From the NCBI GenBank assembly GCA_016839555.1, contig JAEOUA010000004.1:1-64000 (forward strand): a DNA stretch of 64,000 bases. Reading direction: 5' to 3'. Made by a program: the position numbers and the translations under genes. Of this stretch, positions 1 to 10,174 are shown one piece after another (position 1 is the stretch's first letter; the number at the start of each line of letters is the position of its first letter). Under the pieces are notes generated by a model. That model was not told where the DNA came from. It did not search any database and saw nothing but the letters and a program-made list of their open reading frames with translations. Source of the DNA: Promethearchaeota archaeon. Lineage in GTDB: Archaea > Asgardarchaeota > Lokiarchaeia > Sigyniarchaeales > SOKP01.

Positions 1-229
1 AAAAAAATGAAAAAAAATTGTCTTTTTTGTGACATTTTTCCTCGCTGATAACTTGTGGGCAGTAAAAATTTGTTTGTCAGTAAATTACTGATCTTGTGTC
101 ATTTTTTAATTACTGATCACATTTTTTGATTATCAGAAAGAAAATTAATAATTTTATAACAGAGCAATATTTAATTAAGATTTAAAATAATTTAAAAATC
201 AAAAAATTCAGTAAGAGTAAGATCCTTTG

Positions 230-1330
230 TTAAATCCAATCTTTATGTCTAAAGAAGATTAGCATGCCAATCCCTATAAGAACCATTATGGCTAAGAGCA
301 AAGGGTATCCCAGAGGTGATCGAAGCTCTGGCATAAATGCAAAATTCATTCCATACAACCCTGCTAAGAATGATAACGGAATAAAAATAGTGGAAATAAT
401 AGTTAATACCTTCATAATATCGTTCATTTTATTACTCACACTTGATAAGTACATTTCAAGCATTCCTGACACAATATCTCGATAATTCTGAAGCGAATCA
501 TTTAATCTGAAGATATGATCGAAAATATCTCTTAAATAAATCTGCATCTCATTTCCAATTAAATCAGATTCTTCTCGCTGGAGTTTATTAACAACCTCTC
601 GCATTGGCCAAACAGATTTTTTAAAATCGATGACAATTTTTCTTAATTTGTATATTGCTTGTAAAGTTTCTATTTTAGGATCTTCTATTAATTTTTCTTC
701 GATTTCTTCAATAAAGTCGCCTAAAGATTCTTCTAAAATAAAATAATTATCTATAATGATATCTATTAATGCATATAATAAATAGTCAGATTTCATATCT
801 CTAATCTTTCCCTTTGGAACTTTAATTCTTTCTAAAATAGGATCGAAAATGTTTGATTTTTGCTCTCTAAATGTAAGAACATAATTCAATCCAAGGATTA
901 GAGAAATTTGCTCCGTTTCAATAGTTTCATAATCCTCATTTTTAATCTTTAATTTTTTTAAAACGATAAAAATCTTTTCCTTATAATCTTCAAATTTTGG
1001 TAGTTGATTAGGATGTAAAATATCTTCCAGAATTAGTGGATGAAGATTAAATTGTTTTCCTATTTCTTCAATCAGACTCACATTTTCTAATCCATCTATT
1101 AAAATCCACCTAATATTAGTATTTTGTATGTCTGAAAGATCGAATTTAGGTTCGGTTAATTCTTGAATTTGATAATCTTCTCTATTATAATCTATAATAG
1201 TTATTTTTGTTTTTCTCTTTTTTTTCTCTCCCGTATAAGTTAAAGTTCCTGGAGGCTGACCAACTTTTTGCAAACTTTTCTTTTTTCTAATATTTCTGAT
1301 TTTTCTACGAGATTTGGAATTATTACTCAT
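230..1330 (-). CDS. corA: CorA-family Mg2+/Co2+ transporter
   Basis: 366 aa; N-terminal GQPPGTL, HPLILEDI motif, C-terminal two TM helices with the signature YGMNF and MPEL loop. Confidence 0.96.
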   Translation of the reverse strand: MSNNSKSRRKIRNIRKKKSLQKVGQPPGTLTYTGEKKKRKTKITIIDYNREDYQIQELTEPKFDLSDIQNTNIRWILIDGLENVSLIEEIGKQFNLHPLILEDILHPNQLPKFEDYKEKIFIVLKKLKIKNEDYETIETEQISLILGLNYVLTFREQKSNIFDPILERIKVPKGKIRDMKSDYLLYALIDIIIDNYFILEESLGDFIEEIEEKLIEDPKIETLQAIYKLRKIVIDFKKSVWPMREVVNKLQREESDLIGNEMQIYLRDIFDHIFRLNDSLQNYRDIVSGMLEMYLSSVSNKMNDIMKVLTIISTIFIPLSFLAGLYGMNFAFMPELRSPLGYPLLLAIMVLIGIGMLIFFRHKDWI

Positions 1331-1601
1331 TTTTTTGAGGAATTAATAATGTAGTTCTGTAATAGACCCTTATAAAAAAATTATTTCATTGATTATTTAA
1401 GATTTATTATTTTAGAGGAGAAATTTCTCTTTTTCAAACCTTCAAAATCAAAAGCTAAAATATTTTATTAAAAGTAAATAATTTATTAAATATAAATTAA
1501 AATAAAAGAATTCAATTTTTCATATATGATTTTTTGAATTAGAGAAAAAATAATGAAATTCTTACCAAAACTTAAAAAAAACTTCTTATGGAGATGAAAT
1601 T

Positions 1602-2537
1602 ATGAAAAAGATTTATCAAATAATACTTACCGTTCTTCTAATTATAATCGGTGCTCTAGCGATATATTATTGGGATTACATATTAGAAACGCTAAATGTT
1701 GATCCTGTGCTGGTATATTCTATTATGATTAACATATTTGTATATATAGGACGAACGATACTCATCCGAATTTTAAATTTTGCGTTAGGAACTAGAAAAA
1801 TTCGATTCATATTAGTATTTATCATCAATATCATTTGGATTGTGTTTATATTTGAATTGATTTTTATAATCTCTCCGCAATTGGGCGTTGCTGTCATATC
1901 TTTCTTAGTAGTCGCAATCTCTTTAACTATGGAAGATAGGATAAATACAGTTACATCTGGGATTATGCTTTTATCAGCAAGTTCATTTGATATCGGGGAT
2001 TTAATAGAAACCAATGAAATTCAAGGGATTGTTACCGAAATTAACTTAAGTTATACTAAAATACGCGATTTCTTAGGGATATTCACTTATATTCCTAATA
2101 CTGCTGTCTATAATGCGAGTATAAAAAAGTTTACCCAAAAACTCTCCCGTCTCCCAACACCAGAAGAAGAAGAGAAAATTGAAGCAAAAAGTTATAAGAA
2201 GTTCCTTAAAAAATTAGAAGATATTATTGCAAAAGAGGGGAAATTTACAAGATATATAAAAGTTGTCGAAGTCCCCTACATTGCAGATTTGGAACACGTT
2301 GGGGATCTATTAGAAGAAGTTTTCGATAAATATGAAAAAAGATTGGGAATTAGACCTTATTACTATGCTAATACTACAGTACGGGACCATTTAAGCATTA
2401 CCTTGCAAATTTTGTCAAAAAATCCACAATTGGTTTTAAGAAATACCTATCCATTTATCAAGGATGTTTTATATGCATTATTGTCTGATGAATTAATTGC
2501 TGGATCAAAAAACCAAAGAGAGGAGGGTGGTAAATAG
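1602..2537 (+). CDS. MscS-family small-conductance mechanosensitive channel protein
   Basis: N-terminal TM helices followed by SGIML..FDIGDLIE..GIVTEINLSYTKIR..YIPN, the MscS beta-domain pattern. Confidence 0.85.
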   Translation: MKKIYQIILTVLLIIIGALAIYYWDYILETLNVDPVLVYSIMINIFVYIGRTILIRILNFALGTRKIRFILVFIINIIWIVFIFELIFIISPQLGVAVISFLVVAISLTMEDRINTVTSGIMLLSASSFDIGDLIETNEIQGIVTEINLSYTKIRDFLGIFTYIPNTAVYNASIKKFTQKLSRLPTPEEEEKIEAKSYKKFLKKLEDIIAKEGKFTRYIKVVEVPYIADLEHVGDLLEEVFDKYEKRLGIRPYYYANTTVRDHLSITLQILSKNPQLVLRNTYPFIKDVLYALLSDELIAGSKNQREEGGK

Positions 2538-2538
2538 A

Positions 2539-3408
2539 ATGGCAATATTTGAGACCAATTTTGAAGCTATTGTTTATTTAGGTGTAATATTATTAATACT
2601 TCTCGTTATAAATTGGATATTATCATATAGTCTTAAAAAAATTAAAAAAGTTAGTATTCGACAGAGAACCATTACAAATTTTATTGTAAAAATACTTTCC
2701 GTCATAATATTTGTATATTTTGTATTAGAAGGAGTACCCTATATTGAGACTATTAATCCTTCTTATCTTGCAATTCTTACTACTTCATTTAGCACCGCGC
2801 TTGCTTTTGCATCTAAGGGTATTTTTTCAAATATAGTATCGGGTATTGTTTTATTAGTTACGAGTCCTTTTGATATTGGAGATGTAGTAAAAATTAACGG
2901 AGATCTAGGTGTAATTAGAGAGATTGAATTATTAAGGACGACTATTGAAACTTTTGATAATATTCTAATAAAAAAATCCAATAGTGAAATACTTTCTTCT
3001 AAGGTCACAAATTATTCGGTCGAAGTTGATAATATTGAGCAATTTAAAAAGGTTGATAAGAGCATAGAACAAAAATTAGAAAAAAAGGCGAAACAAAAAA
3101 AGAAATCTGTTTTTGAACGTGCTTTAAAAACTGCCTATGGTACCATCTTGAGCAGAGTAAAGATCGAGAAATTACATAATTTTGTATTTATTATGGAATT
3201 TCCATACAAGGGATTTGATAATATATTAGAAAAAATTGATGATATAATAGAAGATTACCAACCTATTTTCGGGATAAAACCAATATATCAGATATATGAG
3301 TTTGGATTTAGAATCCAAGTTAGATTTAGAATTATAACTGATGATATAAACAAAATATTTAATTTTCAACCCGAATTTGCTGAAGATATTGCGAAAATAA
3401 TTCAATAG
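2539..3408 (+). CDS. MscS-family mechanosensitive channel protein (second paralog)
   Basis: LAFAS..FSNIVSGIVLLVTSPFDIGDVVKING..GVIREIELLRT motif; start moved from the track's 2497 to ATG 2539, which follows a GGAGG SD and lies 1 nt after the upstream stop. Confidence 0.88.
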   Translation: MAIFETNFEAIVYLGVILLILLVINWILSYSLKKIKKVSIRQRTITNFIVKILSVIIFVYFVLEGVPYIETINPSYLAILTTSFSTALAFASKGIFSNIVSGIVLLVTSPFDIGDVVKINGDLGVIREIELLRTTIETFDNILIKKSNSEILSSKVTNYSVEVDNIEQFKKVDKSIEQKLEKKAKQKKKSVFERALKTAYGTILSRVKIEKLHNFVFIMEFPYKGFDNILEKIDDIIEDYQPIFGIKPIYQIYEFGFRIQVRFRIITDDINKIFNFQPEFAEDIAKIIQ

Positions 3409-3440
3409 TTTTTTTCTTTTTTTCTTTTTCTTATTTTTAT
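3409..3440 (+). terminator. T-rich archaeal-type terminator after the mscS pair
   Basis: Long T tracts immediately after the TAG at 3406-3408. Confidence 0.55.
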
Positions 3441-3526
3441 CAATGTTGACCTGATAGAATTCCTAATTAAATTATTGCCTAAAATAACAATAAGGCAATC
3501 ATATTCAAAGAGAAAAAATTGGGGAG

Positions 3527-4930
3527 TTATAATCCCATTTCACTCAACTTTTTAACATTTTCTTGCGCCTTTTCTTTTGATATAGCATACATAAATAAGA
3601 AAATAGTGGCCCCGATTAATAAAATAAACATTGGAATCAATGACATTTGAAAGTTTAATCCCAATTTAGCTTCATAAGTTTGGTTGGTTCCTAAAGATGC
3701 GTCAAATCCGAAAAGAGTACCTATAATTGCAAAAATTAGTGTTTGAAAGAAATAAGAAAATGCGGAAAAGACGCGTAAAACCCCTATGTAGGTGCCCTCT
3801 TCACGTTTTCCGGAATTGACTGCTGCATTATCAATAGCTTCGGCTGTAGCGAGATCAAAAATAACTGTTTGATTGGCACTTGACGTTATTCCAATAATCA
3901 TTAAAATTAAAGTCATTGTTGTTAAACTATTCACGAATAAAAACAGAAAGAAACCAATAACATTTAAAAATAAACTTGTAGTATAGGTCTTTTTTATCCC
4001 AAATTTTTTTGCTACTTTAATCCAAATTGGAACAAAACTTATGGCAACTAAGCTATAAAATAATGCCGGAATACTAGCAACCTCAATAGGTTGTTCTAAA
4101 TTATAAACAACATAAAAATTAAGTCCATATAATACACACGCACCAGCTATAACAAAACAAGTGTTAGAAATAATTAAAGCTACCCAGTTTCTGTCTTTAA
4201 AAATACGATTCAACACTTCTTTTAAAGGAGAGGAACTCTTTCCTGCTTGATCTAATTTTGTTCTGAACGATATCATTTCCCCTGTTTCCTTAACTCCTTT
4301 TAAATATGGAATAGTTAAAATATAAGCTATGATAACAATTATGATACACGTTATCAAGTAAGCAGGGGCACTAAATTCACCCCCCCAGATTCCAATGCTT
4401 AGAGGAATAAAAATAGCTCCAAAAATAAGTGTTAAACCACCGATTATACCTCCAAAAATACTTACTTTCCTTCTATGATATTGTTCTCTAAACATATCTG
4501 GAAATAAAGATTTTTGACTGACTTCATGTAAAGTAAGAAATGTCTCATAAATCGCCATTTGTATAATTAACCAAATGGTGGATATTATTATATCATTTGA
4601 AACTGGAATAAAACATAGAATTAGAAAAATTGGTGTAAACAACACACCAATTATTATCCAAAGATACCTTTTTCCAAATTTTGGCGTATATTTGATTGAA
4701 CGATCGGTTAAATAACCAATAATTGGATCATTAAACGCATCGACAAGAGAATACACTAAATATATAATTGCAATAAATAATTGAGGAATTAATAATACTG
4801 ATACTGCAAAAAATTGAACATTACCCCACATTCCAGTAATTAATCCCGCTACTGGTGCTATTAATGCAAATTGAAAAATTTTCTTATTAGTAATTTCATC
4901 AGAACGAGTTTTATTATCTTTATCATTCAT
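3527..4930 (-). CDS. MFS transporter, GPH (glycoside-pentoside-hexuronide:cation symporter)-like
   Basis: About 12 hydrophobic segments; DAFNDPIIGYLTDR..KFGKRY and AEAIDN...GKREEGTY motifs typical of MelB/GPH proteins. Confidence 0.88.
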   Translation of the reverse strand: MNDKDNKTRSDEITNKKIFQFALIAPVAGLITGMWGNVQFFAVSVLLIPQLFIAIIYLVYSLVDAFNDPIIGYLTDRSIKYTPKFGKRYLWIIIGVLFTPIFLILCFIPVSNDIIISTIWLIIQMAIYETFLTLHEVSQKSLFPDMFREQYHRRKVSIFGGIIGGLTLIFGAIFIPLSIGIWGGEFSAPAYLITCIIIVIIAYILTIPYLKGVKETGEMISFRTKLDQAGKSSSPLKEVLNRIFKDRNWVALIISNTCFVIAGACVLYGLNFYVVYNLEQPIEVASIPALFYSLVAISFVPIWIKVAKKFGIKKTYTTSLFLNVIGFFLFLFVNSLTTMTLILMIIGITSSANQTVIFDLATAEAIDNAAVNSGKREEGTYIGVLRVFSAFSYFFQTLIFAIIGTLFGFDASLGTNQTYEAKLGLNFQMSLIPMFILLIGATIFLFMYAISKEKAQENVKKLSEMGL

Positions 4931-5206
4931 AATAATAGTTTTAAGATAGTTTTGAAAAATTTATAAATTATTTTTTCGTTATAAATATCAACTTTATTGT
5001 TTTTAAATGTATAGTTACCCAATGGGATATCTTATATTTGATAATTGTTGAAAGAGCCACACATAAATAGGTTATTTTAGTGAGAGGTTATAATAACCTC
5101 AAGTTATAAGAAAAGTAATTAATAGAACTCTTAAAATCAGGATTTTGATTGAACTCTTCTCGTTTTTTAGGAACTCAAATTATATCAATATGTAATCATA
5201 ATTTTA

Positions 5207-6430
5207 TTAAACTTTTAAGTCTGGATTATTGGGTCCAAAATGTTTTAACATAACAATTGGTTCATTTTCAGAAAGGTTCTCAATAACCACTCCTTTTTTA
5301 GCAGCATTTTCACTGACAAAGAACTCATCATTTGTTAATTGACCAAAGCGTATGAGAGTAGGTGTTTCGATTTTCCAATCATCCATCATTCCATGACCTT
5401 GAACCATAATCATTCCATAAGCAGCACCATCTTTAATGGTTGCTGTGCAACCAGGTAAAATGGTGAGTTCCTTAGCGCTAAAATCATCAGATTTATAACA
5501 TGTCCAATTCTCAATATATCCTTCAGATTTCATTTTTTCAAGATCTTTAACTGATTTTGGAAGCATAAAATGTTTATTATAGAAGTCAGGATCTATATTA
5601 AGATCCCAATCAATTATTTCCATCAAATAATCAATATCTCCTCTTTTTTCTTCAGGGGTATCTTTCCATAATAATTCTTCCGGAACTAATTGACCATGTG
5701 TGAGTGATTCATACATTGCAAAGACATCTGAAGCCTTTTGTGGTTCATAGGTGCAAAGACTTCCAGGGGCATGTAATAGACCTGGTGGAACATTCCACGC
5801 AGTACCAGGTTCAAGCTTGTATGATCTGGAATAATTTACAAGCTTATTGTCTCCTTTTGTAAAGTTTTTAATACATCTTTTAATTTCATCCTTGGTTACA
5901 GATGGTATAAACCCAAAAAATGTATATGGAAAATCCCCTCCGTGATTATTTAGTTGAGGTGGAAAAAAGTAGGCTTCTGGCTTTCCACTTTGATTTACAA
6001 GTTTAGCATGCATTTCACGATGATGAATGTGAAAGGGAAGTGCTCCTTGATTATCAAAGAATTTTGAATAAATTGGCCAAGAATTATATTTCTCCCAAAT
6101 TCGTTTTCCTATTAAAGAATCTTGAAGTTCATTAATAGCATCTTTTAAAAGGAATTTATGAATATCAGAACCATCTTTATAAACAACAAAACTTAAACCT
6201 TCATTGGGAGCGGTTAGAGGACCATTATCAGCTTTCGTTGTTGAAGAGAACCATCGCTCATCTATACCACCTCGAGAAGCACCGAGAGCATAATAATCAT
6301 CCGGGTGAAGTTTTATTCTTCTTCCTGGAATACAAAAAATTCTTGGAACCCATGTAGGTACTAAGCGTAATATTCCATTTCCATCATTAAAAGCTTTTTC
6401 TGCTAATGACATAATAGAATAATTCACCAC
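5207..6430 (-). CDS. Cupin-fold protein related to class I mannose-6-phosphate isomerase, function unknown
   Basis: KFFD..LPFHIH, KPEAY, PGLLHA and EPQKASD metal-binding cupin motifs match the PMI-I layout. Confidence 0.7.
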   Translation of the reverse strand: MVNYSIMSLAEKAFNDGNGILRLVPTWVPRIFCIPGRRIKLHPDDYYALGASRGGIDERWFSSTTKADNGPLTAPNEGLSFVVYKDGSDIHKFLLKDAINELQDSLIGKRIWEKYNSWPIYSKFFDNQGALPFHIHHREMHAKLVNQSGKPEAYFFPPQLNNHGGDFPYTFFGFIPSVTKDEIKRCIKNFTKGDNKLVNYSRSYKLEPGTAWNVPPGLLHAPGSLCTYEPQKASDVFAMYESLTHGQLVPEELLWKDTPEEKRGDIDYLMEIIDWDLNIDPDFYNKHFMLPKSVKDLEKMKSEGYIENWTCYKSDDFSAKELTILPGCTATIKDGAAYGMIMVQGHGMMDDWKIETPTLIRFGQLTNDEFFVSENAAKKGVVIENLSENEPIVMLKHFGPNNPDLKV

Positions 6431-6587
6431 ATTTTATTCAATCATTTAATATTAAGATAAATAAATTTCCAATGTATATTAAATCAAACATAAATAATTT
6501 CTAAAGAATAAAAAGTTTAATTAAGTTCAAAATCTTAAATTTAAATTAATTTTAAACAATTATAATTAAAAATATGAAGGGATTAAC

Positions 6588-8051
6588 TTGAAAAAATCCA
6601 TTAGAGCGAACGATTTTGGAGAATGGTGGGAAAAACCAGGATTAGGAATAATGTACCAAATCGAAGCAAGACCAGGATGGATTTGGGATCGAGATTTTGA
6701 TAAATTTAACGCTTCAATGAAAGATGAAAAGGGGAATTTTAGGTTTAATGGTCCTTTTTGTAAGATAAAGGATTGGGTGGAATTTTCAAATAAAGTAGGA
6801 GTAGATTATCATATATTTGAGGTAAAATGGCATGATGGAATTTGTTATTTTGATACTAAATATACCAAATGGAAAACCCCTACTGATTACAGCAAGATTT
6901 TTGCTGAGGAAAGTAAAAAAGCAAACATTCCATTTATGTTCTACTATTCTAGTGTATTTGATCACAACCCTCAGTTTGATGAAATTCAACCTCTTAGGAA
7001 ATTCACTCCCTCCTATATCGCTTTACATCGAGAAAAGAAAGAGGATGTCGTAAAATTCTGTTTAAAATTTACCCAAATGATCGTGAATCTTTTTGTAAAA
7101 CAATTTTTGGATAGAATGAATAAGGGTGAAAAATTTGAAGAATTTAAAAGTAATGATTTGAATATAGATATTAGAAGGTATTCTAAAAAGAACTTTAATA
7201 AGTTATTTAAGGATATTGAAGAAAATCCACCTCAATTTGACTATAATCCAGAACAGTATGAAAAATATCTAGAAAATCAAATGATTGAATTGATTGAAAA
7301 TTATAAGCCTGATGGTATGTGGATGGATTGGTATATGAATCCCTCTTTGAGAGAAGGATCTACAGAATTAATAATGGACTTAATGGAGAAAAAATATCCA
7401 AATGTAATTCTTACATTTAATAACAGTATAAATGAAAATCCGAGATGGTGCCATTATCTTAGCGGGGAAGCGCATACAGTAGAATCAGCTTGGAAACAAG
7501 GTAATGTAATTCGTAAAAAAAAGAAACCATGGGAATTGGTTGGTCCTGCAGCAAAAAGTTGGTTTGATCCATCACCCCGGACGGATCCCCAAGAAATAGG
7601 CAGAATAGCTACAATTATAATGGCAAATGGTGGAAAATTTTGTTTAGGTTTACCTTCTCAAATGAGTGGAAGTTTATATCCAGAACCTACTGAACAATTA
7701 GCGAAATTGGGAAAATGGTATAATCTTAGACGCTCTCTGTTTGTTGAAGCTGTTCCAATGGATTATAAAGGGAAAAATGTTCCTGGAATTATTTTGGATG
7801 ATAAAAATTTCGGAGTTATCGGCAATATTTATGGTTCAGATAACTTAATCCATATTATAAATTTCACAGGTATTCAAAAATCTATAAAAATAGAATTTTC
7901 TTATGAGTCTTGGAAAAATATAGAAAAGATTATCTTAGAGCCAATCAATCAAAAAGTTTCATTCAAATTAGTTGAAAAATATTATAAGGTAGAAATCTCC
8001 GAAAATTTTGTTGATAAAATTGATACTATATTAAGAATAAAAATGAAATAA
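6588..8051 (+). CDS. GH29 (alpha-L-fucosidase)-like glycoside hydrolase, divergent
   Basis: TTG start; KWHDGICYFDTK, FYYS..D, NYKPDGMWMDW (nucleophile Asp), NGG..LG motifs. Confidence 0.78.
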   Translation: MKKSIRANDFGEWWEKPGLGIMYQIEARPGWIWDRDFDKFNASMKDEKGNFRFNGPFCKIKDWVEFSNKVGVDYHIFEVKWHDGICYFDTKYTKWKTPTDYSKIFAEESKKANIPFMFYYSSVFDHNPQFDEIQPLRKFTPSYIALHREKKEDVVKFCLKFTQMIVNLFVKQFLDRMNKGEKFEEFKSNDLNIDIRRYSKKNFNKLFKDIEENPPQFDYNPEQYEKYLENQMIELIENYKPDGMWMDWYMNPSLREGSTELIMDLMEKKYPNVILTFNNSINENPRWCHYLSGEAHTVESAWKQGNVIRKKKKPWELVGPAAKSWFDPSPRTDPQEIGRIATIIMANGGKFCLGLPSQMSGSLYPEPTEQLAKLGKWYNLRRSLFVEAVPMDYKGKNVPGIILDDKNFGVIGNIYGSDNLIHIINFTGIQKSIKIEFSYESWKNIEKIILEPINQKVSFKLVEKYYKVEISENFVDKIDTILRIKMK

Positions 8052-8283
8052 AAAGGCTGTGATAATTATAAAGAATTATGAAAGTATTAAAATTTGTGAT
8101 TTAAATGAACTACGCCCTAAGAGTGATGTACTGATCAAATCTTCCTTTCCATATGTCGTTTTTTCATAATTCTATATGAGTAGAAGTATTACTTATAATA
8201 GTTGAAATCTAATTTTTTTAAGTTGAATTTTACATTGAAAGAAAAAATTTTAATAAACTATAAATTCATTTTATAGAAGAGTT

Positions 8284-9087
8284 ATGAAAGATAATAACAA
8301 AATGATTTTAACGGCTACCACAGCTAATTCTTGGATTTATCCAGAAGTGAAAAATTGGTCAGAAAATTTGGATGATTTAATTAAGGACGTTATTCAATGC
8401 TATGAGGCAGGAGCAACCATCGCTCATGTCCATCTATCTCGGGGAAAAGAGGTCGAGACTGTAAGACGGATAAGAGAACATTGTGATATTATCATTCAAG
8501 CGGGAATGTCCTCTGATAATATCCCCAAAAGAAAGGGCGATTTCAAGGCAAGACCAGATATGATGTCTATAATTCTTAATCATCATGATGAACATTTTAC
8601 ACAAATTAGCGTGAATAAGCTTCACACACTCGAAGAATTGGAAGAATACTGTAAAAAATGCGCCGAATTTAATATAAAACCAGAATGGGAAGTATGGCAT
8701 ACGGGGAGTTATTGGAATTTAAATTATTTAATTGACAAAAAATTAATTAACCCTCCGCATGTATTGACGTTATTTTTCAATTGGCCCGGGGGCACATGGT
8801 CGCCAGCAACTGCAGATGAATATTTGCATAGAATTAAATATATGCCAGAAAATTGTGTGCATACAATTAGCGTAATGGGAGAAGAACAAACTAAGATAGC
8901 TACCTTAGCTATATCAAAAGGAGGCAATGTACGAGTAGGAACAGAGGATTTTCCTTTTTTAAAAAAAGGTATTCCTGCAAAAAATAACGCAGAAATAGTT
9001 GCTAGAATGAAAAGAATTAGTGAAGAAATGGGAAGGGAGGTGGCGACACCCTCCGAAGGAAGAGAAATTTTAGGATTAAACTATTAA
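8284..9087 (+). CDS. Beta-keto acid cleavage enzyme family (DUF849 / 3-keto-5-aminohexanoate cleavage enzyme-like)
   Basis: CYEAGATIAHVH, KPEWEV, GGNVRVGTED, NAEIV..GREVATPSEGREILGL. Confidence 0.92.
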   Translation: MKDNNKMILTATTANSWIYPEVKNWSENLDDLIKDVIQCYEAGATIAHVHLSRGKEVETVRRIREHCDIIIQAGMSSDNIPKRKGDFKARPDMMSIILNHHDEHFTQISVNKLHTLEELEEYCKKCAEFNIKPEWEVWHTGSYWNLNYLIDKKLINPPHVLTLFFNWPGGTWSPATADEYLHRIKYMPENCVHTISVMGEEQTKIATLAISKGGNVRVGTEDFPFLKKGIPAKNNAEIVARMKRISEEMGREVATPSEGREILGLNY

Positions 9088-9120
9088 ATATACGAGAAAA
9101 AAGAAGATTAAGGTAATAAT

Positions 9121-9867
9121 ATGGAAATAATAAATAAAGTAGCAATTATTACTGGTGCAGGTGCTGGAATTGGAAAGGCGACCGCAAAATTATTTGCAAA
9201 AGAAGGAGCAAAAGTAGTATGTAATTCTCTTTCCGAATCTGCATTGAAAATCGTAGATAAATTAAAGAAAAAGGGTTTAGAAGCATTATTTGTGCAAGCC
9301 GATGTCTCTATAGAAGAAGAAGCAAAAGAAATTATTGATAAAACCATCGAGGTCTACGGTAAAATTGATATTTTATTCAATAACGCCGGTATTGTGATTC
9401 CAGGAGCAGTTGATACTATAACAACCGAAAATTGGGATAAGACGATGAATGTCAATGTGAAAGGGATATATTTAGTCTCTAAAAATGCAATTCCTTATTT
9501 AAAGAAAACTAAAGGAGTTATTATTAATAATTCATCATCAGTTGCCTTAAAGGGGGTCAAAGATAGAGCTGCCTATACCGCATCTAAGGGAGCTGTACTA
9601 TCTTTAACGAGAGCTATGGCTGCAGATTATATTGAGGATGGAATACGTGTAAATGCAATTTGTCCTGGTACTACTGACACACCTTCATTAGCACGACGGT
9701 TACAAAAATTCGAAGATCCTGAACAAGCACGAAAAGACTTTGTTGCACGTCAAAAAATGGGAAGATTAGGTAAACCAGAAGAGATCGCTAAGGGAGTGTT
9801 ATTGCTTGCGACTAATGAATTCATGACCGGAACCTATTTGTCCATTGATGGCGGAATGACCATGTAA
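9121..9867 (+). CDS. Short-chain dehydrogenase/reductase (SDR)
   Basis: TGAGAGIG, NNAG, YTASK catalytic motif, IRVNAICPG. Confidence 0.95.
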   Translation: MEIINKVAIITGAGAGIGKATAKLFAKEGAKVVCNSLSESALKIVDKLKKKGLEALFVQADVSIEEEAKEIIDKTIEVYGKIDILFNNAGIVIPGAVDTITTENWDKTMNVNVKGIYLVSKNAIPYLKKTKGVIINNSSSVALKGVKDRAAYTASKGAVLSLTRAMAADYIEDGIRVNAICPGTTDTPSLARRLQKFEDPEQARKDFVARQKMGRLGKPEEIAKGVLLLATNEFMTGTYLSIDGGMTM

Positions 9868-9874
9868 CGCAGAT

Positions 9875-10132
9875 TTAAAGCTCCCAATGGACATCTTTAT
9901 AATTTTGTTGAGTTACTTCATTTAAGTTTTCTAATAATAGCTTAGTATCATTTTTTACAGCATACTTGTTTAATTCTTCCCTTTTTGTTGCCTTTCCGTT
10001 TTTTGCTGCAAGATAAGCCAATAATACAATCGCAACCGCTTCCTTTGCGTCTTCGGGAGTAAATTCAGGTTCCATATCGTTTAAAATACAATCCGCAAAA
10101 TAGGAGTCTTCATGATATGCAGAAATTAAATA
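9875..10132 (-). pseudogene. C-terminal remnant of a Gfo/Idh/MocA oxidoreductase (paralog of 12274-13401)
   Basis: Frame reads YLISAYHEDSYFADCILNDMEPEFTPEDAKEAVAIVLLAYLAA versus YEISANIEDAYFTNCILNDKEPEFTPQHAREAVATVLLSYLSA in the intact gene; the N-terminal ~290 codons are missing. Confidence 0.85.
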
Positions 10133-10174
10133 ATTAATAAAAAGAGAAAATAATGTATTTAAAAAAACGGAGGT

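Noticed and set aside
2497-2538. Track start (TTG 2497) for the second MscS gene
   Set aside because: It overlaps the upstream gene; ATG 2539 has an SD and abuts the upstream stop.
8095-8140. Possible C/D box sRNA (GTGATG...CTGA)
   Set aside because: Box spacing leaves no guide between the C'-like and D boxes; kept only as part of the low-interest inverted-repeat finding.
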